DNA of 64,000 bases from Oikopleura dioica (lineage: Eukaryota > Animalia > Chordata). The translations under genes were made by a program, and so were the position numbers. Below the pieces are notes generated by a model. The model saw only the letters and a program-made list of their open reading frames with translations. It searched no databases and had not been told where the DNA came from. Positions within the stretch are counted from its first letter, which is position 1; every line of letters starts with the position of its first letter. The DNA is taken from the NCBI GenBank assembly GCA_907165135.1, contig OU015566.1, positions 3,720,001 to 3,784,000 on the forward strand, in the 5' to 3' direction. Below are positions 44,681 through 58,012 of this stretch, piece by piece.

Positions 44681-46504
44681 CACCTTCTCGATAATTATTT
44701 TGCAAACACAAGACATATTTAATGCAAAAATTTTATATAACATTATTTTTGACTCTCACTTATGGTGTTCTCTTTGCGATTAAAAACACTTCTATAAGAA
44801 AATTTTCAACCCTTTTTCTTTCGAATTCGTATGCGTGGTCACGACAAAATCCTGCGCCGGAAAGTACTCCGCCATTATCTCTTGTTTCATTCTTCCCCTT
44901 TTTCTTCTTTTCTCTTCCCCACTTCTTCAAACTCTCAGAAATCGAAGACTATTGGAAAGCAAGGCATATCCTCTCCGCGGGATATTAAGTTATATTAGCG
45001 ACAATTATCGGCCGGCGGCCACTTTGCGGCTCATTCTCGAACTCTTCAGGAAGATAATTTCGTTTGTCGGTCTTCGATTTTTAAATATGGATTGAGCGTC
45101 GAAGCGGAAAATAATCAAAAACAAAACAAGCTTATTTTTGTGAATGGCTACTGTTTGCTACAGGTGGCGAAATGAAGACTTGTCGTTTCAAGACTGCTTG
45201 TCGTGATTGAATCTGATTCCTTGATTAATTAGATTTGAGAATAGTATTGGGGCTCTTTATTTTTAAAACCGCGGGAAGAGCTCTTCTTTTAATCAGGAAA
45301 ATTGAAACGGGTCGAGTTCTATCGGACCTAGGGGAAGAATAAAAAACTCTTTATGACTCTTATTTTGATAAAATAAAGGACCAAAGCATTTGAATCTTAG
45401 ATATTACTGTCCATTTAGTGAATTTTTGCTTATTGGAACCAATAATGAACCTTTTTAAGGGTACGGGTGTCCAAATGGCTCTAACCATGGCCCTATTCTG
45501 GGAAATCTAGATGAATTGGAGGCTTGAATCTTTTATTTTTAGTAAGTTTTGACCTAGAACTAGAATTGTATAGAAGAAAATCTCATTTTTATAATCGTTT
45601 TCTTGTCAAAAAATCGCTCAAAAGTTGGCATCTTGGACTAAAATCGGCTTAAACTGGCTTCAATTCCCAAGAATCGACCTTATAAACCTACTCTTTTTAA
45701 ATTTTCTCATAAAATTTCAACCCTTTTTGAAACTTTTAATAGAAAAAAATCCAAAATTCAAGAAATTCCAGCTTCAGAAATCCCTCGGAGAAAGCAAGCT
45801 TTTCACTGAACTAAGAATAAGCATTTGATGACCGATTCTCAGACCGGGTCGCAAAAAGAGTCATGCACCTGTGCTTACTCAAAGGGCGATAGCTATCACC
45901 GGTGACGTAAGAAAAAAAATTAAAGCTCTAGCGCCAGCGGCGTTTCACGAGACCGAAAGACTATTAAGCCTTCTTCCTAAGTTTCAAGCCAGTCAAACTA
46001 TTCCACAAAAATGAAAGAGAGCCTCAACGAGAAAGTTTTCAATCGAGTCGTTCAAATCTTCAGCTGCGGATCGAGCAACTTTGAGAATCAAAATCAAGAG
46101 GAAGAGGAGAAAATGAAAATCATCGAAAACGAAGTTGATTCCGGATTTGAATTGAGAAGAACTTCCATTCATTTTTCAATGATGCTTGATCATTTGAAGA
46201 GTCTATGACTCTCGCACCATAAGAACAACAAGCCGACCCCACCAGAGAAGATCCTTTTTTTTGATAAATTTCGCTCTTTTAAATCCCAAAAAATGGCGAA
46301 AATACAATTTTTCCGACAAGTTTTGCACGGATATTTTCAACCAATCAGAAGCCGGCGTTTTGCTGACCGGCCAATCAGAAGCCTAGTAGCCGCCTACGCA
46401 AAATTTGTCGAGATTTTTCGTCGATTCGTGATATCATCTGGTATCTTTTCATTCTGTAATTTTAACTGTAAATAAACCATTCAATTCTGAAAAGGACCAT
46501 TTAT

Positions 46505-48021
46505 TCAACTCTCCAGCTTCAGATATTTCTCAGGAAATTTGTGAAATTCCGCTTCGTCTTCTGCAGAAAACCTCGCAGGAATCGGCGGCTCCTGGCTCTT
46601 CTTCTTCTCAAACTCTTCCTGTGTCATTCTGAACCATTTCGTTTCCTCCAAAAACTCTTCTAGAGAAATGATGGTTTTTCCGTTGAACAAGATTGGTTCG
46701 CGCTGAAAATCGACTTGGATGAACTCTTCGTTTTTGGCGTTTTTGTAAAAGTAGAAGTCGATGTGGGCGGAGTAAGGAGGATAGACGCATAGTTTGCCAG
46801 TTTCTTTTACTGTTTTGTGCGTGAGGGCTTGGTGCATTGGTCCGAGGGTTGTATCGTGAACACTGGGAATCAAGAATGTGTAATTTGGCTATTATTCGTT
46901 GTTACCTGAGGATTGACAAGGGCTTTTTCAATTCAGAAACAATGTATTGAAGCAATCTTCCTGCTTTGAGCGACAGAACAAATTGTCTTTCTTCGTCGCT
47001 AAAAATCAAAATCAACAAGAACCAAACTTAGGGTTAGTACGAAAAAACGTCGAAAACAAACCTTATTCCATTGATGATATGTTTGGTCAAAACAGCCAGT
47101 TCCTCCAAATCTTTCGCCACCGAATCCATTTTGTCTTCATTGTTAATTTTAAACCCATGCTCTTTTCTTTTCAAGAATTCACCGAAAATCCTCCTCTATC
47201 TATGATTTCATCTGGTGATCCTTTCCTGCACATATAATCATCATAAACTCCGATCGGCAAAAATTGTCTTTGCTCTCCTTCAGGTCTTTTCTTCAAAATC
47301 TCGACTTCTTTAATAATCTTCGACATTTTCCCCTGAAAAGGTTCGTATAGGCAAGTTGCTCCCCAGGGCCATTGAAGATTTTCTAGGGCGGCTTTTGCTG
47401 ATCGATGAAGGGTCAAAAAATCTAAAGAAAAGAAGAGTCAAAATAACGAAACGTAAATCTTACCATCTTCATCATTTGCAGGAGTTTCGATAGTAACTTC
47501 CATTTCTTTATCGAAAAATCCAGCGACGATTGCTCTGACTTATGCTTATCGCGGAAGAATTAAGTTAAAAAAATAAAGACAATGATTGGTATAAGCCTTT
47601 CCTTGCGCTTTCCACTGTTCTAGTAGTATTCGTGCTCCGGACGTAAACATCCTCTTCCTTGATTTCCCCAAGTTGCGTCTTCAGGTACTTTCCAATCTTT
47701 GCGTTTCCTTCGTATCCCCTCACTGTCAGTTCTCCCCGCTGACCTCCGCAAGGAAGGAGTCCTCCGGAAAATTGAGCCTTTGGAGGATCTCCGCCGCCAA
47801 CATCGGTCCAGTTGACTTTGACTTGTTTCACATGATCGGGAGCTTCGAAGAGTTTCGGGTCATTCCATGTTGATGGTCCTGCATAAAAGATCAGCATTTT
47901 TCTTGATGAAAAAACGCAAGTGTTTACCTAATTCTTCCAAATAGCAAAGCGTGCTTCTCGCCCCATGTCTCGCCAAAACAACAGTTCTGACAAGCTCCAA
48001 ATCTTCTGGATTTTCTCTCAT
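46505..48021 (-). CDS. Histidine acid phosphatase (ACP6/lysosomal acid phosphatase-like), multi-exon
   Basis: VVLARHGARST (RHGxR motif); GELTVRG; VYVRSTNTTRTVESA; PPYSAHIDFYFY. Confidence 0.88.
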
Positions 48022-49833
48022 TCCGACAAAAAAAAAAGCTCTTGTAAAAATTTATGATGTGCTTGAGAGCGTGTGAATGAGTGTTTGTTCTTTGGTCCAG
48101 TCAGTCGGACCATTTTTCTGACGTAATCGCCTCCCCTGGGCCAATTATTGAAGGCCGACCTTTTTGAGGTCAAGTTCATTTTTTGACCTCAAGTGACCTT
48201 AAAAAACGCTCCGTTTTAATCTTTTTGTTTTCGATTTTAAATCCGATGTTTTAGATTTTATTTATGAAAAATATTTTTTTCAGGCATCTTCAATTTAATT
48301 CCCAAAGAAAACGATTGTTTTGCCTTTCATCTAATCCCGTTCTTTGCATTTGTTGCCTTCTGAGAATCGCGTCATAGCTTTTCTCAGAGCCTAAGTAGCA
48401 CCCCTGCACCAAGCTAGGGTCCCCACGCAACCTTTGTTTCTTTCGTACGTCACTTATCTGACGGAATCTGAGTGCCCGAGAAAAGGGATTAATGAACGGC
48501 GAATTTTCTTAATTGAGTGGCGCACGTTTTTTTTTCTCGAGTCATTGTCCGCGATTAACGAAAACTTAAGGGTCTAAAGTCGATAGCGAAATCATCGAAA
48601 CCACCCTTAGGTTAAAACTTTTGACTCAAAAGAAGAGATGATCTTCTCGATTTCTTTATTAATAAAAAATATTTTTTAATTAAAAAATAATTTTAGTTTT
48701 TATTAAAAATTATTTTATTAAAATTATTATTCTTCTCAATTCGCAAAGCCCTTCCTTTCCTTATCGATTTGCTCCTATGGTGCACCCTAGCTGCACCTCC
48801 ACCTTCTAAAGCGCAAGCTCGGCAAAGCGCTTTGGCCCGGGGGATACGCAGAAGGTACGCGCGGGGGTCTCTCGTCTCCAACTGCTTCTCCTCGTTTCAT
48901 AACTCCTTCTGCCCCCATTTCGAGCGCGCAGGTCGACCCCTCAAGGCCAAGGTTCACGGTGTTATCTTTCACTACAAGTGCAAGTCTTAGAAAGAAACAG
49001 AGAAATTCGATAATGACAAGAGCAAGAGTGAAGTGAAGATTCAATTCGAGTAAGAGATCGTTATCGTTCTTTGGGGGCTCTCCGGATCTCGAGTTTTTGA
49101 GTGCCGCGAAATTTCTAATTATCGAAAATGAAAAATTTCAAAATCGTGAACCAGCCAATCAGAAAGCGTTGAACAAACGCCTACAAGTCCTGAGGATCAA
49201 CCAACTGGTCACTCCATCCTCTTTTTCAACCCTCTTCCTCTATCAGACGAATACAGTAACCCGATCAGCACGAAACTCCAAACCTAGAACGAACGAACTA
49301 CTGTAACAGAAAAATAGAAACACAAAAAAGGGAAAACAAAAAAGAAGAGAGAACTTCGTAAGCTGAACTAAGCCAAAATACGAGTTCCTGGGCCTGGACC
49401 AGCGCTGGAAATTTTAATTGTTTTTTTTTCGTAAAGGTAAGAAATTGGCTCATATTTTTGGTTGCCTGAAATCTGATCGGACGGGTTATCTTGTCAACCG
49501 CAAATTATCACATCAAAATACCACTGACTAAAACATGCATCAGCATCGATCAATTAATTTTCGACGGCTGAAGCCTTAATCAAGCGCTAGAATTTCTTTG
49601 AACTGAAAAAAAAAACTGATGCAAAGCTCTTTACAGTCCCGAATAAGGACAAAGAAAGGCAATTTAGACAAGTTTTAGTGCAATACATAAGCTCAAATCA
49701 TCAACCTTGTTTTCTCGCTCTGGATAATTGCCAGAGATTATATCTCCGGGCAAGTTATTTTTTTTTCTTGCTTTTTTAAATTCTCAATTTTCAATTCCCA
49801 TCTTTCAAAAGAGAAAAATAGTTTTGATTTTAG

Positions 49834-51782
49834 GAACTTTCGCATCAGTAATTCTAACGAATCCTACTTTTGGCGATTTTCCTGCAGCTTCAAATTTCAA
49901 ATTCGCTCAACTCCAAATTCAAACCAACTCCAACTCCGATTCTTTTAATTCGAATTCGCACGTGACCGTTGCTCCAAAACTGCGCAGTTTGGACCAGCTC
50001 CTCATTGTTTCCGGTTTCGACATTCCGCAAATCATCATTCCCCCCTCGAAAGAGAACATCATCATCACGAATACAGTCGTCCAACCAGTAATCCAGTCAG
50101 AAGCAAAAATGTATATCGATGACAGTGCAGCTCCTCCACCATCTTTTTTGAATAATTTCGGCGACATTGGAACTACCGCAGCGACATTTCTAGACCTCGA
50201 AAATGAAGCTGGAACGCCTCCATCATTTTTGCCAGGCTTTGAAGATTTATCCACAACACCACGTAAGATTTCAACCACTGAAATTGTACCTCATCCTTGT
50301 TCTAGAGCAAGACCTTCTGCTGCAAGAAGACTTCGTTCACGCAAAACCCGGACTCTCAACTGGCGGTAGATTCCTCGAATTCGCCGTGAATCCAGAGCAA
50401 ATGATCCCCGATTGGGTAAAAAGCGATGTTCTGAAGAGAGAAAATCTTCCGAATGACACGATCAATCCACTCCACAACCTAGAAATGGCAAATCCACAGT
50501 GCAATCCATTCCCGTTTTGTGACGAAAATGGATGCGAGCAGTGGCAATTGATGACGTTAATAGTTTTTCAATTGTTATTATTGATGCTTATTGTGATCAG
50601 TAATGTAACGATTATTTCCGTCATTTTTGATATGAACAAATCGTCAAGAAATAGAAGGAAAGGGGTTGATTTAGTTGAAATTTTTCTTAAGAAAATTTCT
50701 TCATTTTCGTTTTTTCTAGCTTTTTTTGCAAAAAATGATTCCTTTTCAAAGTTATCGTTCCGCAAACATCTTCAAACTTTCCCTCGCCCTCGCGGATTTA
50801 CTACTCGGGTTGAGTATACTCCCGCCTTCATTGAAAAACACCATCAATCTTCTCATCAACGAAGATTTCCACGAAAAAATGGCGCAAGAACAAATCAATT
50901 CTTTCGGCTCCCCAATCGCGATCATCTTCGGCGCTGGAGCCGTCATAGCCACGATTGCCTCGATCTGGTCGATTTTTGCGGTGCAATTGGACTTGTTTCT
51001 TCGAATGCGCTGGCCGGTTAAGCAGCACGTGGGCGGGATTCTCAATACCAACCGGGCGAGATGGCTGACCGGACTCATCTGGGTCTTCGCGATTGGCGTG
51101 ACTTTTTCCCTCCTCGGATTTGGCATCAACTTTGGTCTCAGTCGATCGACCCTGTCTTACGGCCCTATTGCGGATGAATACAGTGAAGAAAACGATCAGT
51201 CAACGAAATTCATCATCTTCACCGTTTTGGTCTGGGGCCTTCCGTTTCTGCTGACCCTTCCGCTGGGCGTCTATTTGGTCGTTTTGATCAGAAATGCAAG
51301 CAAGAAACTCGCGCTGAGAGCAAATCAAAGCTATGTTCGAAGACATCCAGATGTCCAGGATAAGAAAAAGAGCTTGAAGAAGAGTTGGGAGGCGACTTTG
51401 AGGACGATCACTGTTGAGGTAAGATTTTGACGATGATTTCTTGTTTCTGACCGTTTTTTAGGTCATTTTCTTCATCACTTTCGTCCCATCCATCGTCGCC
51501 CGTATCCTGTACGCGTACACCGACGGTTGCGACCCAATCATCAACACTCTTTCCTTCATCGCCACTTGCATCCTCTGCATTGGCTCCTTCGCCAACCTCT
51601 TCGTCTACCATCTCATGTGGAAAGACTTCCAGGAGCGACTCACAGCTCTCGTCTGCATGGTCAAGAAAACCGATGCCAGCCCGATCAGCTCGATCAAAAG
51701 TCCAAAAACGACGAGGACGGAAGCCAGCTTATCGGTCAAAATAAACATGTCGTACGACATCAAACGCGAACTTCCAATCTAA
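49834..51782 (+). CDS. Class A (rhodopsin-like) GPCR with long Ser/Thr/Pro-rich ectodomain; start unresolved
   Basis: TM1 ...LIVISNVTII; TM2 FKLSLALADLLLG; TM3 end QLDLFLRMRWP; TM4 W; TM5 WGLPF; TM6 FFITFVP; TM7 SFANLFVY. Confidence 0.88.
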
Positions 51783-52057
51783 ATCGCAAAAAAAGAAATA
51801 AAGAAAGATGCTGCTACACTTCTGAAAATATTGAAAAAATACCTACTTTCACTGCACATATTGCCCAAAACTGAAAATAATTACTATGGATACCTCACGG
51901 GAAAAAATACTGTAAATGGTGATGATTTGAAGATTTCACCAGAAACGATGATTATTTTTTATCTCTATGCACATATAATAAAAATCACACTACATTCAAT
52001 TTTGAAATTCTCTAGAAGCATGCAGTACGGAAAAATATTATTTCCTCGGCTTCAGCC

Positions 52058-53267
52058 ATGTTTAGCTCTACTTTCTTTTTATTGGTCATTGCAAATGTTC
52101 GGTCAGATATTATCTTCACGGAATGCCAAGCTTACTTCCTCCAGGTTTGATTTAAATAGGAAATGAATTGTATTATTTTATAAGAACCAACCGGGAAATG
52201 AAAACATAAATTTCTCGACAGACGACATTCCATGCTCTCAACAAGCTCGGGGAGCGACTGTATACGACAGATGGACTAATTACCTAGAGGACGGTAAGTC
52301 GATTTTATTTCCGAAAAAAAGTAACCATCTCGAATCAGGATTTTACGTCGTCCCGTATTTCTTCGAAGATGATTATGAAAACCATGTCTATTCAATTTAC
52401 AACTCGACTGAGTCGGTGGCAAATATGGAGGAACTTCTTGGTCTTTTCGAGCAACATACTTGCGTGAAGTTTAAAAAATTGACGACTGAGGAAGAAAAGG
52501 CATTGTATGATTACAAGCTTGAAATTATCTGGAATGGAGTGACTGCTGCTGCGTCGTATGTCGGTGAGTAAGTCCCTTTCGGTCAACTTTTGAAAGCGAA
52601 TTTTAAGGTCGTTTGTCTTCATATTATCAACCTCAGCCGCTTTGGATGCGCCCCGACGCCTGGAGCTGGAACGGAAACACAACGATGCAGCACGAAGCCA
52701 TGCACGCTCTTGGATTTCTTCACGAGCATCAACGAATCGATCGAGACAACCACATCGAAATTCATCCAGACTACGCCAGCAGTAGTAACTACGCACCAAT
52801 GGCGACTGAGGACTGGTTGAATATGAGTTCACCATACGATACCAATAGCATCCTTCACTACTACGCGTATTCGCTTGGAGATGGAACCTACTCTTTATCT
52901 ATTCCTGGAAGTAATTTTACAGTTCCTCTGCCTGTCAGCAGAACGTATCCGATGTCTGAGCAGGATATCTTTCAAATCAATGAAATGTACGGTTGCGAAG
53001 GAAATGGTTTTGTTATATTTTTTCGTATTGATTAAAAGTCAGATCACTTCGTATAAATTTCCGAAACCATCGAAAGAATTAACATCTACGCCTGCACCAT
53101 CAACAACAACTTCGTCAACAACATCTTCCACGACATCGACAACAACGACATCAACAACCAAATCAACCACTACAACAATGATGAGATCGACGGAAGTTCC
53201 ATCTTCGTGTGGAAAAATGACGCTTCATTTTGTTTTCATAATCATCTGTTTCTTTTTGTTCATATAA
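52058..53267 (+). CDS. Astacin metalloprotease copy 1; Thr-rich stalk and C-terminal hydrophobic (GPI-like) end
   Basis: Signal peptide, YTCVKF-type segment, HEAMHALGFLHEHQR, Met-turn position SILHY. Confidence 0.88.
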
Positions 53268-53352
53268 AGATCTCATTATTAATAAATTTTTTTCAGTCAT
53301 TATTTCTAGAGTTGTTTGATTAGGGATATCTGTTTGATATTTATCTTCAGTT

Positions 53353-54844
53353 ATGCTTTCAATTCTTGTTATTTCCTTTCTTTTGGGAAAAACTCGTTCG
53401 GATATTATTTTTACGGAATGCCAAGCTGAGTACTATCGAGTGAGTTGTTGACTTGAAAAGGAGAGTAGTAAATGATCTTCAAGAGTTTACCCGGGAACGA
53501 AAATGTAAGTTTTACGACCAACAATATTCCATGCGCTCCATCTGCTCGAGGAGCGACCAATCTACAGCTTTGGACAAATGTTCTTGAAAATGGTAAGCTT
53601 ATTGATAAAAAAATAGATATTGAGGGCTATATTATATAACTTATGTAGGATTTTTCATCGTTCCGTATTTTTTCGATGATGGTTATGAAAATCATATTTA
53701 CGAGGACTGGGACGCATCTGAATCACTGACGAAAATGGAGGAGCTTCTTGACCTTTTCGAGCAATATACTTGCGTGAAATTTAAGAAATTGGAAACTGAA
53801 GAGGAGAAAAACATGTATGATTACAAGATCAAAATAATTTGGGACTCAACTGTTGAGTCTCCTGGAAGGGCTCAGTTAGGTAAGATTATTTAGAATAACG
53901 CTACTGGTAATTAATTGGTTGTTTTTCTAAGGTCAATATCCTTTGTCGGAACAGCCACAGTGGATCTCGATGCGTCCTGACGCATGGAGCAATAATGGCA
54001 ATACAACGATGCAACACGAAGCAATGCACGCTCTTGGATTTTTTCATGAGCATCAGCGACTCGATCGTGATAACTATGTTGAAATCCATCCTGACTACGC
54101 GAATAATGATAATTACGTCAAAATGTCTTCAGATGAATGGAATGACTTGAGCTCCCCCTATGACTTCAATAGTATAATGCACTACTCTTCAAAGTCGACG
54201 GATGATGGCAGATGGTCCTTGTCGATTCCAGGCAGTAATTATCAAATTCCTGTTCCCGGCAATAGAACTTATCCCTTCTCGGAGCAAGATATCGCTCAGA
54301 TAAACAGTTTGTATAATTGCCAAGGAATAAGTTTGAAACTGAAGTTTTTCTCGTGATTTTCATTTTAAACTCAAATAAAGACCCTGTTTTAACAACATCA
54401 ACACCGACAGTAATCCCTCCTATAACTGAAGACAACGCAGTACCATATATTGCTAACATTATGTTTATGTTACTTTTTATATATGCTTGCTTTCCAAGTT
54501 TCTTATCAAAAATCAAGAAATTATTCACTCGTATGAAAAAACAGTCCGTCGAGCCAGAAAACATATCTTCAAATGTGTCAACGGCCAGCTATATTGATCT
54601 CGAATCAGTAGAACCGCCCGCAAAATTATCAAAATCATCAAATGAACCCCCTAAAATACTCGAAAATTCCACGAAAGATACGCCAAAAAATCCATCAAAG
54701 ACAATCTCTCAAAAATTTCCAGTCAGTGAGACTGCGAAAAAGAAAACCACCAAAAAGTCGCCAAAGAAAGCTACTAAAATAGTCTTTGAAGACGACGGGC
54801 GAAGAAAAAAAGCCACCAAAAAGTCAGCAAAGAAGAAGCCTTGA
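53353..54844 (+). CDS. Astacin copy 2; TM segment and Lys-rich tail
   Basis: HEAMHALGFFHEHQRLDRD, SIMHY, TM VPYIANIMFMLLFIYACF. Confidence 0.9.
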
Positions 54845-55002
54845 TTTGTTCGTCTTACTTTATTTTTTCTTTCAATGCTTTATTAAATATATTCAATCAT
54901 CTGTCTCTTTTTTCAACCGAAAATTTTTTTTATTAAAATGAATCTTTCATAAATTTTCTAGAGTGACAGCATCGAGCCTGACTGTTCTTTGTTTATCTGT
55001 AG

Positions 55003-56432
55003 TTATGCTTTCATTATTTTGCATTTCAATTATTTTTGGAATTATTCGGTCGGATATTATTTTTACGGAATGCCAAGCCGATTACTATCGAGTAAATTGA
55101 TGATTTCGTACCAAAAATAGTTATTTCGCTTCTAGAGTTTACCGGGGAACGAGAATATCAATTTTACGACTGACAGTATTCCTTGCTCACCATCTTCTCG
55201 AGGAGCGTCCTATAATCAGCTCTGGACAAATATCTATGAGGATGGTAAGTGATTAAAAATATCACTTCATTAATTAAATATTAAAGGGTTCTACATCGTT
55301 CCGTATTTCTTTGAAGATGGATATGAAAATCATGTTTATGAGGATTGGGATGCCGCCGAGTCGATGGTTAAAATGGAGGAGAGGCTTAATTATTTCGAAG
55401 AATACACATGTGTGAAATTCAGAAGGTTACATACTGAAGAGGAAAAAGATCTGTATGATTACAAGATTGAAATTTTATGGGATGGTATCACTCACGGAGC
55501 ATCTAGATTAGGTAATTATGCCAATTAAAATAAACATTTTTTTCAAAAAATCCGATAAGGTCGTACTTCCCTATCAGATCAACCTCAGCCCCTTTGGATG
55601 CGTCCAGATAAATGGGCAAAACGTGACCATACCACGATGCAACACGAAGCAATGCACGCTCTTGGCTTCTTTCATGAGCATTCGAGGCCTGATCGCGACG
55701 AATATGTTGAAGTTCATCCAGACGACGCCAATGATAGTAATTTCATGAAAAGGCCAATCGATGAGTGGAATGATCTTAACTCTCCGTATGATTTCAATAG
55801 CATCATGCATTATCCCGCGAAAGATCGAGGAAATGGCCAGTGGTCTTTGTCCGTTCCAGGCAGTTATTATCTGATTCCAGCTCCTGCCGTCAGAACTTTT
55901 CCGATTTCAGAGCGCGATGTTATTCAAATTGAAACGATGTATAATAATTGCCAAGGAAACAGTTTCAATAATATTTTTTATTGTTAAATCTCGTCGTTTA
56001 TTTTTGATAGAAAACATGATTACAGAACCGACAACGACTACAACTACAACGACGACGACAACAACGGTCTCGACAATGATAACATCGACAGAGATGGCCA
56101 CTACAAATTCATCTCCAACAACCGAGACATCTTTAACGAACAAATACCCGCTTTTTTATATTATCAATATTTTCCTTATTCTGATTTTCTGCATGACTTG
56201 GTCGAGGCGCCTTTTCTCCAAATGCAGAAGACGTAAAGTACATCAGAGCCCTAGCGATTCGGAAATTCGACAGAAAGCTGAATCAAAAACAAAATCGTCG
56301 AAACCAGACAATAATTCACCCAAAACAATCAAAAATCCAGCAAGTGTCCAGTCAAAAATTCAATCAAAGACTCTTTCTCAAAATTTTCCGTTTTTACGGA
56401 ATGCCAAGCTGAATATTACCGGGTACATATAA
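55003..56432 (+). CDS. Astacin copy 3; tail truncated by deletion junction at ~56390
   Basis: HEAMHALGFFHEHSRPDRD, SIMHY, Thr stalk, TM; after SKTLSQNFP the sequence switches to exon 1 of the next copy. Confidence 0.85.
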
Positions 56433-57890
56433 GAAAAAGTGTTTTCCATTTCTATCACCGATTTAAGACCGTACCTGGGAATGAAAATATTAATTTTACG
56501 ACTGACAATATTCCTTGCTCTCCATCTTCTCGAGGAGCGTCACAAAATCAGCTCTGGACAAATATCTACGAAGACGGTAAATTTCGGAATCCTTCATTCA
56601 TTTAAAGCTCCAAATAAGGGTTTTACATCGTCCCGTATTTCTTCGAAGATGGATATGAAAATCATGTTTTTGAAGATTGCCAATCTTAGATTGGGATGCC
56701 GCCGAATCGATGGTAAAAATCGAAGAGAGGCTTGATATTTTTGAAGAATACACATGCATAAAATTCAGAAGGTTACAGACTGAAGATGAGAAGGATTTGT
56801 ATGATAACAAGATTGAAATTTTATGGGATGGAATCACTCATGCAGCATCCTACGTTGGTAAATATGACAGTTGAAGACACATTTTTTCATATCTGATAAG
56901 GTCGACTGTCCCTATCATATCAGCTTCAGTCGATGTGGCTGCGTCCAGATTTGTGGTCAAATAATGGTGGAACGGTGCGACACGAAGCAATGCATGCTCT
57001 TGGCTTTTGGCATGAGCATCAGCGGCCTGATCGCGACGAATACGTTGAAGTTCACCCAGACGACGCCAATAACGATGCTTATATGAAACTACCAATGGAT
57101 GACTGGAATGATCTCAATTCTCCCTACGATTTTCAAAGCCGCATGCATTACAGCCCGACTGATCGAGGGAATGGCGAGTGGTCTTTGTCAGTTCCCGGCA
57201 GTAATTATCTGATTCCGGCTCCTGTTGACAGAACATATCCGCTCTCAGAGCGTGATTTAATTCAAATTGAAATGATGTATAATAATTGTCAAGGAAACAG
57301 TTTCAATACTTATATTTATTTTAAATTCTCGTCTTATATTTTAATGAAATATGGCTGAAGAACCGCCAACGACTACAACTATAACGACAACAACGGCTTC
57401 GACAGTGACAATATCGACAGGGATGGCCACTTCAACAACAGAAACACATGCATCATCAACAACAAATTCATCTCCAGCAACCGAGACATCTTTAACGAAC
57501 AAATACTCGCTTTTTTATATTATCAATATTTTCCTTATTCTGATTTTCTGCATGACTTGGTCGAAGCGACTTTTCTCCAAATGCAGAAGGCGTAAAGTAC
57601 ATCAGAGCCCTAGCGACTCGAAGACTGAATCAAACTCAGATCAAAAATCTTCCGAACCCAAAAGACCTCCTCCAAAACCGTCGAAATCCAGCAATAAATC
57701 ACCCAAAACAGTCAAAAATTCAGCAAGTGTCCTTCCAAAAAGTCCATCGAAGACTCTTTCTCAAAAATTTCCCGCCACCGACAGCACCAAAAAGAAAGTC
57801 GCGAAGAAGTCACCAAAGAAACCTTCTAAAAAAGTCTCGGATGATGACGGACGAAAACAAAAAGCCACCAAAAACTTGTCAAAAAAGTAG
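56391..57890 (+). pseudogene. Astacin copy 4, probable pseudogene
   Basis: ATG and signal peptide deleted; 14-nt insertion at ~56680-56693 creates a TAG; HEAMHALGFWHEHQR and SRMHY retained. Confidence 0.8.
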
Positions 57891-58012
57891 CCTTGATTAT
57901 TTTCCCTTTCTTTTATGCAGCTTTTGAACTGAAAATACTTGAATAAAGTCTGTGCATATTTTTTTCTAGAGTGATAAGGTTGTGCAAAGTTGCTCTTTGT
58001 TTATTTACAGTT

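Noticed and set aside
48693-49044. Possible small minus-strand gene with CxxC
   Set aside because: Could not build a consistent spliced frame or identify any domain
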